A stretch of 64,000 bases of DNA from sequence record NC_041911.1, one strand, 5' to 3'. The notes under the pieces are model-generated. The model did not search any database, had not been told where the DNA came from, and was given only the letters and a program-made list of their open reading frames with translations. How positions within the stretch are numbered: the first letter of the stretch is position 1; each line of letters opens with the position of its first letter. The position numbers were made by a program, and so were the translations under genes. Shown here one piece after another: positions 8,940 to 18,320 of the stretch.

Positions 8940-9970
8940 TGATTAATTTCCCAATGCAAAATTCGGTAATCGCCGAGACTACTCACCGATACCTGGTTGT
9001 CATTCAGAACGGTAGCACAAAACACGTCGTAACCGTGCTGCGGCTGCACGGAACGCTCTGTCAACGGCCGGATGGCAGGAAACTGAGCGTTGACAATGCG
9101 CGCCAGCTTTACGGTCAGCTCGTTCAAGACGTACCGGATCTGATGGCGATCCCAGAAGTCCTGTGTGATGACGTTCTCGTAATGCGAGCCACTGACATCG
9201 TAGAGCTTGAGCGCATCCTCGCGTGTCATGCCTTCGCGAGTGATTTGGTGACGGAACGATGATTGCTCCGAACCAATCTCGGTCTGCAAATGCAGCAGCT
9301 CATCCGCCAGCTCCGGCACTTTGGTAGCAACTATCTTGTCGAGACTGAGGTAGTTCTGCAAGAAATGCTGAGCTGGTTTGGGATGAAGTTTCGACCACAG
9401 CTGATCTTCGTTGAGGTAGACATTCAAGAAGTCTGCCACCAACTGGAAGAACTGCGGGTTAGGCACGTAAAAGTAGTCGAAACTACCGGCAGCCCAAGCG
9501 TGATTCAGATGTGCGGCCGTGTAGTGCAGCGCCGGGCGTTCCATGCAATGGACTTCACCAGGCGTAGTCAGCTCGACGAACGGGTTGAAGGGTTGAATAG
9601 CACCTTCAACATTGGCGTAGTAGGTCCAGTCTTCGCGGAAGACGATCTTCTGATCCATCGTAGCCATTACCTCCAGCTGCGGCTTGAAGTCCAGTACGTC
9701 TTCAAGCGTGTCGCTGATTGCGGTAGCGATGTTCTTCAACGTTGTCACGGCCATGACATTGTTGAACTTATCCAGTTTTTCGTCTCGGGCTAATAATGAC
9801 ACAATGTCGACGTAACTCAACATTGGATTCAAAAGCGAGGTCCCCGGACCCGATGTAAGGGAAGAGTTTGTTTGATCCGACATCTTCTTGTAGTGTGAAT
9901 GTGTCATCGCCATCGCTCCGACGGTAATTCGAGCGTACGACTGCTGCGATAGACTCCATTCCCGCCTCAT
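8936..9970 (-). CDS. Hypothetical protein (start uncertain, possibly 9754)
   Basis: Long ORF in the PhuZ-polymerase interval. The upstream starts overlap the neighbouring gene. Confidence 0.65.
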   Translation of the reverse strand: MRREWSLSQQSYARITVGAMAMTHSHYKKMSDQTNSSLTSGPGTSLLNPMLSYVDIVSLLARDEKLDKFNNVMAVTTLKNIATAISDTLEDVLDFKPQLEVMATMDQKIVFREDWTYYANVEGAIQPFNPFVELTTPGEVHCMERPALHYTAAHLNHAWAAGSFDYFYVPNPQFFQLVADFLNVYLNEDQLWSKLHPKPAQHFLQNYLSLDKIVATKVPELADELLHLQTEIGSEQSSFRHQITREGMTREDALKLYDVSGSHYENVITQDFWDRHQIRYVLNELTVKLARIVNAQFPAIRPLTERSVQPQHGYDVFCATVLNDNQVSVSSLGDYRILHWEINQ

Positions 9971-10139
9971 ACTCGGGGGTTAGGTCGACCAGCAGCACAT
10001 CTTCGACCGCTCGGGCTATGATGTATTTGTTCCAAACTTCTAAGGGGATAGTCTCAGTATCCACACCGAGCTTTATCAGTTCTCGATGGATCTGCTGAAA
10101 AATCTCCTTAGCAGTGAAGACAACAGTGTGTTCAGACAT
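9768..10139 (-). CDS. Hypothetical protein
   Basis: 123-aa ORF with GAGGGAG upstream of the ATG. Confidence 0.6.
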   Translation of the reverse strand: MSEHTVVFTAKEIFQQIHRELIKLGVDTETIPLEVWNKYIIARAVEDVLLVDLTPEYEAGMESIAAVVRSNYRRSDGDDTFTLQEDVGSNKLFPYIGSGDLAFESNVELRRHCVIISPRRKTG

Positions 10140-10263
10140 GGGATGCTCCCTCGTCTAGGTACAAAGAATTGCTGCTAGCATTAAAAAAGAACTCGGAGGC
10201 ATACAACCCCTACCCGGACCCAATCAAGGGCCTGGGTAGGGGTTTAAAGCCGTCTAATGGCTA

Positions 10264-11268
10264 TTACAGAGCCAGGAAGCCGCCGGCCAGTTCTTCCTTA
10301 CCGGAGAGCACTTCGCTCTGGACGGTACGGGCAGCTGCCGCGCGTTCCATTTCTTCGAGATGACCGCGCAGACGCGCAGCGATGCCATTGAACGGGTAGG
10401 CCTTGGTGACCAGGTGAACCGGAGCCTGTTGGGAGATTTCGGCCGAAATCTCGGCCGGCAGAACGCCGTAGCAGGTGTAGGGAATCACGAAGTCGACACC
10501 GCTGTTGTCCTTGTCAGCACGAGCCGAAGCCAGCGTGATGGTATCGGCGTGATCGGCCGAAGACAGCTTGCCAGCGTACGTTTCCAGACCGACCGCGTGA
10601 GCCTTGTAACTGGTCATGCGGTTGACGTTCAGGAAGTTGTACATGTCGCGGGTGTCCAGGCCTTCGTTCTGGCGCGAGAACAGCACCGACACAGCGACGA
10701 CCAGTTCGGTGATCTTGTCATCGACCTTGGACATCGGGGTTTCCTGGTTGTTCTCGAAGTACGCGACGGCGATCGTCTTGTCGGTCGTCTGCACGATACC
10801 TTCGAAGGTCTTCAGGGTGTCCAGGGTGTTCTTGATCTCGGCGCCGGAGTCAGCCACGCCCACAGTGATAGCGATCACCAGTTGGTCGTTGTCGAGCAGT
10901 TCCTTGATCAGGGCAGCCGCCAGAACACCGCCGGTGCCACCCGAGGCGGACGACAACACCACGTTCGCGTAGCCCGGACGATGCTTCTGCAGCATTTCCT
11001 TGGCACCCTTCATGATTGCAGCGGCGTTCTGACGGCGTTCCTTGCCCGAGCCGTCCACGTCCGGAACCAGGTAGATCTTGTCGGCCGGCATGCTCGGCTT
11101 CAGGTTCGAGCGCGAGGTGTCGAAGTAGACGACATCGACTTCCGCCATACCAGCTTCGATGTGGCCGCGGAAGCCTTCGAAGTTCGAGCCGATGTTGATA
11201 CCAGCGCCACCGCAGGCGTACAGTTTGATGTTGCCGCGTTCGGCCACTTGTGCTTGATTCTGTTCCAT
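10264..11268 (-). CDS. phuZ: Phage tubulin PhuZ (nucleus-positioning spindle)
   Basis: KLYACGGAGINIG (T1 loop), DTSRSN, DGSGK and the tubulin signature SASGGTGG. Strong codon bias and an AAGGAAAG RBS. Confidence 0.95.
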   Translation of the reverse strand: MEQNQAQVAERGNIKLYACGGAGINIGSNFEGFRGHIEAGMAEVDVVYFDTSRSNLKPSMPADKIYLVPDVDGSGKERRQNAAAIMKGAKEMLQKHRPGYANVVLSSASGGTGGVLAAALIKELLDNDQLVIAITVGVADSGAEIKNTLDTLKTFEGIVQTTDKTIAVAYFENNQETPMSKVDDKITELVVAVSVLFSRQNEGLDTRDMYNFLNVNRMTSYKAHAVGLETYAGKLSSADHADTITLASARADKDNSGVDFVIPYTCYGVLPAEISAEISQQAPVHLVTKAYPFNGIAARLRGHLEEMERAAAARTVQSEVLSGKEELAGGFLAL

Positions 11269-11356
11269 GATGCTTTCTTTCCTTTAAAGGGTTTGGTGAG
11301 GGAGAAACGGGAATGGCAGTAATTGCTTCCACACAAGAACTGCCGAACGGTAAAAC

Positions 11357-11872
11357 TTAAGCCTTGAAAGCCGAGCCGCCGTACATCTGGTCCATCGGAT
11401 TCATTGCGTTCATGTCAGACGGAGGCGCAATGGTCTTGGCCGCGGGAACAATATCCGCATCTTCCAGAATGGTGACGCCGTTGGCGGAGAGATGGATTTC
11501 ACCCAGCACAGCCGGGCTTTCTTCGACGATCTGCATCGCGCCGCTGAAAGTGCCGCGCTCGGTCGACATGTGTTCAGCGCCAACAGGTGCTTCTTCAGCA
11601 GTCTGCTGTTCGCCGCGAGCGCCAGCTTCAATGAGCTTGGCTTGGGCCGCTTGCCGTGCAGCCAGCGCTTCCGCGTTGCGCTTGTTCACCAGGTGGTAGT
11701 GGTTGTTGCGACGCTCTTGTTCGCGACGCACCTTTTCTTGGTTCTTCTTCAGGCGTTTCTGCACGCCCTTGTTATGGAACTTGGCGTGGGTCACGCCAGC
11801 GGCGAGAGCTTCATCGATCTGGCCTTTGGTGATCTTGGACGTTGCGATATTAACCTGACGAGTGTTGGACAC
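11357..11872 (-). CDS. Hypothetical protein upstream of phuZ
   Basis: 171-aa ORF with a basic coiled-coil-like middle and an acidic tail. RBS AAGGA, located downstream of an ATATTAC motif. Confidence 0.7.
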   Translation of the reverse strand: MSNTRQVNIATSKITKGQIDEALAAGVTHAKFHNKGVQKRLKKNQEKVRREQERRNNHYHLVNKRNAEALAARQAAQAKLIEAGARGEQQTAEEAPVGAEHMSTERGTFSGAMQIVEESPAVLGEIHLSANGVTILEDADIVPAAKTIAPPSDMNAMNPMDQMYGGSAFKA

Positions 11873-11956
11873 GACTATTCCTTTTCTGAGTTAGACAAAC
11901 AACAACCTACGTAAAATGGCCTATTCTGTAGAAAACTGCCATTCGTTCACAGGTAA

Positions 11957-11985
11957 GTAATATGTGAGCGACTTCATTTTCACTT
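11957..11985 (-). promoter_or_regulatory. Putative early (virion RNAP) promoter for the phuZ operon
   Basis: Minus strand reads AAATGAAGTC-N6-ATATTAC, resembling the TATTAC core of phiKZ early promoters. Confidence 0.55.
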
Positions 11986-12248
11986 GAAGTAGGCTTTTCT
12001 CAAGAGCGCTAGCGGGACGCTGCTAGTAGGTTACCAAAGACTGATGCAGCACTGCACCGATTGTTTGGTTTATGACAACTCACAACACACTCTTCGCCTA
12101 TGGCATGTTCGTTAGTGAGTGAACCGGTTATTTGAAAATGCGATCGCCGCCTGTGCCACATGCCGGAGCGGGATCAAAGATCTCCTTTTCCTTTTTGACC
12201 TGTTTGCTCACATGCGCCTGAGCACTACATCACGAAAAGAGATTTATC

Positions 12249-13052
12249 ATGAATGCCCTTCGTAAAGCGCTGGACGATATCAAATTCGTTATTCCTCGCG
12301 CTGTGCTGGAAACCGTATTCGTTAAACGCCACCAAAACTTTCGGGTGGCGTCCCCGAGTCTGGACGAGCAGATTCTGAACGAGGTGATTAGACCTCGTGT
12401 TTATATCGACACCAATCTCGTAGGTGGTGCCGAGATCCTGGTTGACCTGAGCGGTCTCGAAGGCGATGAAGTGAACACTACTGACATGGTGTACCGCATC
12501 CCGAAGAACCGGACGCAAAACCGCACGATCATGAGCGTGCTCAACGTGACCTACGTTGATGCGCAAGCCATGGCTGCAGCTGGTTCGTACGCTTCCTGTG
12601 GTGTGTCTGCTGAACAGTCGGCCGCGCAAGCACTGCTGGATGCTGTATCGCCCCTGCCACTGATCTCCACAGGTCGCATCACCGTCATCGGTGAAAACGT
12701 CGTGTTGATCCGTGACTCGATCCGCATTCCGTCCAACAGCTACTTGCGCTGCATTGTGGCGCACGATGAGGCGATGAGCCACATCCAGCCGCGTAGCTAC
12801 AAAGCGTTCTGCAAGCTGGTGGAGTACGCTGTCAAGTCCTATATCTACAACGAGTACGTGGTAGAACTGGACATGGGTGAACTGCGCGGCGGTCATAACC
12901 TCGGTAAGTTCAAGGACATCATCGAGGGCTACAACGACTCCGAGGAACTGTACGATACGTACCTCCGCGAGAAGTGGGCCAAGATTTCCTTCCAGAACGA
13001 CCGGGAATCCCACAACCGCTTCTTGAAGCTGCTGATCGGTGGTCCGCGCTAA
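12249..13052 (+). CDS. Conserved phiKZ-like protein, putative virion structural
   Basis: 267-aa ORF divergent from phuZ with host-like codon bias. The MNALRKALDDIKFVIP...RPRVYIDTNLVGG pattern is recalled from phiKZ-like genomes. Confidence 0.6.
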   Translation: MNALRKALDDIKFVIPRAVLETVFVKRHQNFRVASPSLDEQILNEVIRPRVYIDTNLVGGAEILVDLSGLEGDEVNTTDMVYRIPKNRTQNRTIMSVLNVTYVDAQAMAAAGSYASCGVSAEQSAAQALLDAVSPLPLISTGRITVIGENVVLIRDSIRIPSNSYLRCIVAHDEAMSHIQPRSYKAFCKLVEYAVKSYIYNEYVVELDMGELRGGHNLGKFKDIIEGYNDSEELYDTYLREKWAKISFQNDRESHNRFLKLLIGGPR

Positions 13053-13063
13053 AAAATAAAAGC

Positions 13064-13111
13064 GCAACATAGAGGAGAGGAGGGCAGGCGCCCTCCTCTC
13101 CTTTTATGCCG
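13064..13111. terminator. Bidirectional hairpin terminator with TTTTATGCCG
   Basis: GGAGAGGAGGGC...GCCCTCCTCTCC between convergent genes. Confidence 0.75.
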
Positions 13112-13667
13112 CTACGGCGTGTTCGACTTTTTCTTCGAACGACAAGGCAATGAAGCCATTGTCCATCACGACAACCACCGACACCTGTCGCTCGTCATCG
13201 TAATACTCGTCAAGATGCTGTTCATTGATGAACGCCTGCATCCTACCACCAGAAGGACCGCCGGCAATGCGCGAATCCGGGAAAGCCATGAATGTGGCCA
13301 TTTCCGTGACATGAAAACAGAAGCGTGTCAACAGCCCGAGTAGATCCTTCGTTCCTTGACAGTAAAGGACGTTCTCACTCTGCGTACGGAACTGGCTGTA
13401 GCGCAGATCCTCGATTTGCTCCGTGCGGAAGCTGGTCTTGGGTTCGGCAAAACTCACCACCATAGCCGCGCCCTTGTCACTTTCGAAATGACGGAAACCA
13501 ACGACGCCTTCAGCAGTATCTTCGGCCGTCTTCTCAGTTGCAGCAATTCGCGTGAAGGGATAAAGCTTCTTCAGCAAATCTTCGGTGAGTAGCAGTGCTT
13601 CGCCATCCATTTGTGCTCGCAGAGGAGCGAGAGATTCAATGAGCTTTTGATGAACATGACTGACCAT
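13104..13667 (-). CDS. Hypothetical protein
   Basis: Start MVSH placed just after the upstream stop, with GGAG as RBS. Confidence 0.6.
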   Translation of the reverse strand: MVSHVHQKLIESLAPLRAQMDGEALLLTEDLLKKLYPFTRIAATEKTAEDTAEGVVGFRHFESDKGAAMVVSFAEPKTSFRTEQIEDLRYSQFRTQSENVLYCQGTKDLLGLLTRFCFHVTEMATFMAFPDSRIAGGPSGGRMQAFINEQHLDEYYDDERQVSVVVVMDNGFIALSFEEKVEHAVAA

Positions 13668-13669
13668 GT

Positions 13670-14236
13670 CTATTTTTCTCCGTTGTCGATGACGAAGTAA
13701 CACGTGATTACGCAATATGGATTCCCCTCAGGGCCGAATTCGTGAATCACGCCGATACGATACGAGGTAGAACCTTCACACGTACATGCGCTGTAATGGT
13801 AGTTGATCTTGTCTGCCTTGATCCCGCTCAGGGTGTCGAGCAATTGATGGAAGGTGATTTCACCGTCCGCATCGAAATGCGCTTCACGGACAAGAGCCGG
13901 AATCTGCTTGAGGACTTCCTCTTTCTCGACGCAGCGATGCGCGTGGAGGAATCGCAGGCACTCACGCTCATCATCCAGTTTCTTCGAGTACGCTACCAGT
14001 CGTGCGTCGCAGTACATCGGTTTCTTGGATGAATTGCCTTTGAGATGTATGCGCTTTGCTTGATACTTCAAAAAGGGGAGCGCAAACAAGCCTTTTGACA
14101 CCGCGATAGAGTCTTCAAGGGAGGAGGTCTGTTCGTACTTCTTGAACAGGTCGTTTAGCACGACAGCGATGGATGTCAACCCAATATTCGCCACCTCCGG
14201 AAATGCTGGGTCGATTTTTATATTCATGGTCATCAT
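13670..14236 (-). CDS. Hypothetical protein
   Basis: About 188-aa ORF co-oriented with neighbours. No recognised motif. Confidence 0.6.
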   Translation of the reverse strand: MMTMNIKIDPAFPEVANIGLTSIAVVLNDLFKKYEQTSSLEDSIAVSKGLFALPFLKYQAKRIHLKGNSSKKPMYCDARLVAYSKKLDDERECLRFLHAHRCVEKEEVLKQIPALVREAHFDADGEITFHQLLDTLSGIKADKINYHYSACTCEGSTSYRIGVIHEFGPEGNPYCVITCYFVIDNGEK

Positions 14237-14303
14237 GCCGAGCCAAAATAAAAGAAGGATCAACACGAGCCAGAGAGCGAATGCTCTCTGGCTCTATGTC
14301 GGG

Positions 14304-14864
14304 TTATTTGAACAAGGTCTTGAGGGTGAGACCATTCGACATTGCCATGGGCTTCACGAGATCGACATCATCAATCGTGATTTCCCAAGACAGATGGTCG
14401 AAGCCATCGTCGCCGACGAGTTTCACATAGATACCGAAGACATTGGTTCCAGTGAACTTGTTCTCGTAGATGCCAGCGTAGGTTTCAAGACGCTCGCCCC
14501 ACTTCGCCAAGAAGTCGAGTATAGGGCGCATGAAATCTTTGGTCGTGACTTGCACGTCACCGTTTGCCCAAGCCTTTCCGCCAACGAAGCTTTGACGAAT
14601 CATGCGTTCTACAGCTGTGTGGCGAATTGCGCGGAGCGGTTCTTTGTTCTTCAAGGCCTTACCCAATACCATATCAGACAGCGGTACGAAGTCTGCCAGA
14701 TAGTTCTGGTAGCCGTTGATGGTGCGTGGGTTGATTTTCTTGGCATCGGCATAGCCAAGTTCGAATTTGTGGTGTTCTTTGAAAAGCAACGACGCCATGT
14801 AAGCAACGTGCTGTGCTTCTTGACAGATTTTCTTGGCGGTGACGCGTGAGAGAACTTTTGCCAT
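14304..14864 (-). CDS. Hypothetical protein
   Basis: 186-aa basic ORF followed by a hairpin element. Confidence 0.6.
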   Translation of the reverse strand: MAKVLSRVTAKKICQEAQHVAYMASLLFKEHHKFELGYADAKKINPRTINGYQNYLADFVPLSDMVLGKALKNKEPLRAIRHTAVERMIRQSFVGGKAWANGDVQVTTKDFMRPILDFLAKWGERLETYAGIYENKFTGTNVFGIYVKLVGDDGFDHLSWEITIDDVDLVKPMAMSNGLTLKTLFK

Positions 14865-15096
14865 GACTGATTAAACTTTCATTTAGAGTTAGAGTTTGTC
14901 TTGAGCTACCGCTAGTATAGCTCAGGTCTGTCATATGTGGTTGAAAATAAATTCATTCCATCATGACGATTTGTTGCTGCTCTACTACTCATTCAGTCTA
15001 TGGGACGACAAAATAAAAAAGGGATTTCCCCCCCAATACCCCCCGACGCTCGCGCGCCGGGAGTGGGGTCATGCGAGAGATTGGGAAATGTCTGAC

Positions 15097-15714
15097 TTAT
15101 TCTTCAGCGAAAGTCAAGATGCATGAGAACTTGACGCTGTTGAATTCATCCTCCATCGTGATCGCACGTGTGCCATCGACGCCCATGTAGTGGTAATACC
15201 GGGTGTACGGAGGCAGCGTGCCAGCAAAGTTGGCGATCTGACGCAGGCGCCAGGCGACGAGCGGGATTTGCTCGGAGTTTGCCATCTGTTGCAGTTGCAG
15301 ACCGGTGATCTCGTTGATGGGGTTCGAGTCCGCTGCAAACCACGGGAAGTCAAGCAAGCCGACGGAGATGTCCAGTACCGATTGTCCGCGGTAGATGAAC
15401 TTCTCGTGCATGCCTTCTCCGTTGAAGGAGTCAGGCGCGTTGTTGAAAACGCGGTAGAAGATTTCCGGACTGTTCGTGTCGATCAGACCCAGCGCCATGT
15501 CCCGATAGCGGGAGTACATAACGAACGAAGTCTCGGGATTCACGCGTGTGGAAAACTGAGCACGCGGGAACTGGTTGAGATGGAAAGTGCTAGGGATGGT
15601 GGTAGCGGTCAACATGGTTTCCTCACTTGTGTCGATAAGTCTAGTGAACAATGCCCCGTAAATCAGGACTAGCTCCGCGAACACGCGGTCGCATTTGCTC
15701 TGACAAATTTTCAC
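15097..15714 (-). CDS. Hypothetical protein (start uncertain)
   Basis: Long minus-strand ORF with a probable start at MLTATT after GAGGAA. Confidence 0.6.
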   Translation of the reverse strand: MKICQSKCDRVFAELVLIYGALFTRLIDTSEETMLTATTIPSTFHLNQFPRAQFSTRVNPETSFVMYSRYRDMALGLIDTNSPEIFYRVFNNAPDSFNGEGMHEKFIYRGQSVLDISVGLLDFPWFAADSNPINEITGLQLQQMANSEQIPLVAWRLRQIANFAGTLPPYTRYYHYMGVDGTRAITMEDEFNSVKFSCILTFAEE

Positions 15715-15804
15715 TGCTAAAGAATCCGAATTTCCCGTACTTTATGCCAATGAACACTGTGCCCTCGGGCACGAGTGGGTTTGCTAGCCAAAGATGACTC
15801 AACC

Positions 15805-16058
15805 TTATTCAGGGAGTGTCCTCGGTCCTAACAAACGCAGCGCATTCACCGTCTTCGTCGCTTCTTTTATTGTCTGGGAAGGCAGTTCCCAGCCTAAAGC
15901 GTTGTAAAGAATAGTACATTACAAACTAAAGCTCGTACTTCACGACCCCGGAGGTTTAAATCCTCCAGTGGACACGATTGACCGGTCCAAGCTTCAGTGT
16001 ATGGGATATCAGGGTGTTTTGGTCCAATTGGTTTGTCTTTTTAGTTAGTATTGGTCAT
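15805..16058 (-). pseudogene. Probable decayed small gene (internal stop plus frameshift)
   Basis: AAGGAG RBS and ATG at 16058 give MTNTN*KDKPIGPKHPDIPYTEAWTGQSCPLEDLNLRGREVRALVCNVLF. After a frameshift it continues YNALGWELPSQTIKEATKTVNALRLLGPRTLPE*. Confidence 0.35.
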
Positions 16059-16343
16059 CGTAGATTGCTCCTTTAGGAATCTACTGCTCTGTGTATTTTT
16101 GTTTCTCCGTCTAGAAGCTTATCACATGGCGTATAGTCCTTATTTAAATAAGTTGGAAATTTTTGGCATAAGCGAGGAAAAAGTGCGGTAACCAAGAACA
16201 CGTGACGTCGCCGGGGCTGGGACTAGGTTAATGGTTACCGCTTAAGGCCTGTTGTCTTACTCAACATCGCAAAGCTTCAGCACCCTCGCTCTTACTTCGC
16301 ATCGAATAGGGTCACGTAGTAAAAAACGACTATTCGTCGTAAC

Positions 16344-16961
16344 TTAAACGATTACCCAGTCAATACGAGTGTAATACGAGAGCACCCCCGGAGAAACCAG
16401 AGCCAGGGTGATGATAATCCCTTGCTCGCTATGCGTTACCTCGCAGGTATCCACACAGCACGTGTTCTTGACAGTTTTCAAGAACGCAATGATCTCCAGT
16501 AGAACCGGCAAGGCCTCCTGCCCGTTCTTCATCTTGGCATTTTCCCACTTGTGGCCTTCGTTCTCCAGAGAGTCCTCCAGATACAGCACCACATTCTGCA
16601 CCGGCGTACCGTGATTGCCTTCACCGTCCTGATAGGACTGAGTGAACAGCTTACGCTCATCCGCCGTAGTGGGCTGAATCGCAATGCTCAGCCCATGCAG
16701 GTCTTCCTTGTCACGCAGCGATTCCTGGATCACGTAGCGGCTATTCGCCTTTTTGGTCCAGTGCATCATCTGGTATTCGAACATGCCCGCAGGACACATC
16801 CGCGTAATCTTCGCACACAGCTTGTGCAGCTGCTTAGCCAGCTCTCCCATGGCTTTGGGATAGAAGCGACGACCATAGCGTTCTACAAACGCCACATCCG
16901 AGTCGCCCATCACGCCACCATACGGTTTAAACCACAGGTGCAAGGTATCATTCTCAGTCAT
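16344..16961 (-). CDS. Hypothetical protein
   Basis: 205-aa ORF with AAGAG upstream of the ATG. Confidence 0.65.
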   Translation of the reverse strand: MTENDTLHLWFKPYGGVMGDSDVAFVERYGRRFYPKAMGELAKQLHKLCAKITRMCPAGMFEYQMMHWTKKANSRYVIQESLRDKEDLHGLSIAIQPTTADERKLFTQSYQDGEGNHGTPVQNVVLYLEDSLENEGHKWENAKMKNGQEALPVLLEIIAFLKTVKNTCCVDTCEVTHSEQGIIITLALVSPGVLSYYTRIDWVIV

Positions 16962-17576
16962 GATGTACTCTTAAAAAGAAGTTGGTTTGAATTGCTTGCA
17001 AGCAACGACACTTGCAAGCATGACATAGTCATAAGCCCTCATAACGCTTACCAAGGGCTTCTGCCTCATAGTAGAGGTCATAGCGGCATAGAGAGTAGAG
17101 GGACAACCCTCTACTCTCCTAAAAAGAATTTTTTGTCTACGGAGTGCCTGTAAGAGCACTCCTAGTACCCATTATCAATTATTTACCTATTCTTATTGAT
17201 CTTGTGTACGCTTAGAAACAGGTCATAAAGCTAGTAGGGCCTTCGGCCCCTACTAGCTCCTTAAGCGAGGCTATGTCGATCATCTAGAGATGATGGAAAA
17301 CCTTAATTCCACATCACTCACGGTCAGACGCACGTTGGCGTCTGTCCGGGGATAGTTAGTCATCTACCACACTAAGTTATTTCACTCACCCAGCTTGGCT
17401 GCTCCTTCTACCTCCCCAATCAGTGCATTCACTCCTGACCACACTGATCAAACTATAAGGGGAGAGAATGTAAAAAGATGATTGACCTTAGGAAGTGAGA
17501 ACACTTCCTTATGAGACGAGATACCGTCCTTATAAAGGACGACGTTCCAGTATAACCAACTTGTGGTGAGATCAAC

Positions 17577-18194
17577 ATGAAAAGCTTTATGTCTGCTGCT
17601 CTGCAGGAAACTGAACCGGCGAAGAGCAACAAGCCCGCTGCAGGTACTGAGTGCAGCGACTGCAATGGTAAGGCAGTCACAACGACTGGCGGGATGGAGT
17701 CAGCGGAAGCTGCTGCACCTGCTGAAAACAAACAAGATCCCAAAGCTCAGGAGAATGCTGTTGTGGTCATGCAAGGTCCCTTGGGCTCGGTCATTACCGA
17801 AGCCCTGAACAAATCGCTGAACAAGAAGAACCTGGCTGCACCGGTGCAAGTGCCCAACGTCGGCACCGAAGACTTGACCACCGAGTTCGTGCAGGCCAAT
17901 GGTCAGATCAACAACCCGCCGGAATTGTTCTCCCGGATCAGCAAGGCTGTCGGTCTAGTGCCTGCTACCGACGATGCACCGACCGTGATCAACACCATGC
18001 TCGACGCTGCCTCCAAGGTGGACGACATCGACTTCGTGATGGTGCGCTCGGTGGACATCGATCCGTCGGTCTCCCAAGTGCCGCAAAAGTGCGTTGTGCA
18101 CGTAATCGGTATCGATGGCAACCCGGCCATGGAAGAAGTGGCCATCGAATCCGTGCAAGTGGTCGTCAAGTACGGCAAGATTCGCAAGGGATAG
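17577..18194 (+). CDS. Putative head protein
   Basis: Several S/A/G-x-E motifs (AGTE, GGME, VGTE, PAME, VAIE) and an Ala/Pro-rich N-terminal propeptide-like region. Strong codon bias. Confidence 0.5.
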   Translation: MKSFMSAALQETEPAKSNKPAAGTECSDCNGKAVTTTGGMESAEAAAPAENKQDPKAQENAVVVMQGPLGSVITEALNKSLNKKNLAAPVQVPNVGTEDLTTEFVQANGQINNPPELFSRISKAVGLVPATDDAPTVINTMLDAASKVDDIDFVMVRSVDIDPSVSQVPQKCVVHVIGIDGNPAMEEVAIESVQVVVKYGKIRKG

Positions 18195-18320
18195 GCCTTG
18201 TGGGGCGTTTAGAAGCCCACCACGCGATTCTAGGAGGGTGGGAGCAACCAATCCCATCTTTGTCCTTAGAATCGCTTAAACGGGCTTCTAGAGCCATTTC
18301 AATCTACAAGGAAATTATCC

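Noticed and set aside
1-12000. Chimallin (nuclear shell) or non-virion RNAP genes
   Set aside because: No ORF of suitable size or motif lies in the window. They are expected outside it by synteny only.
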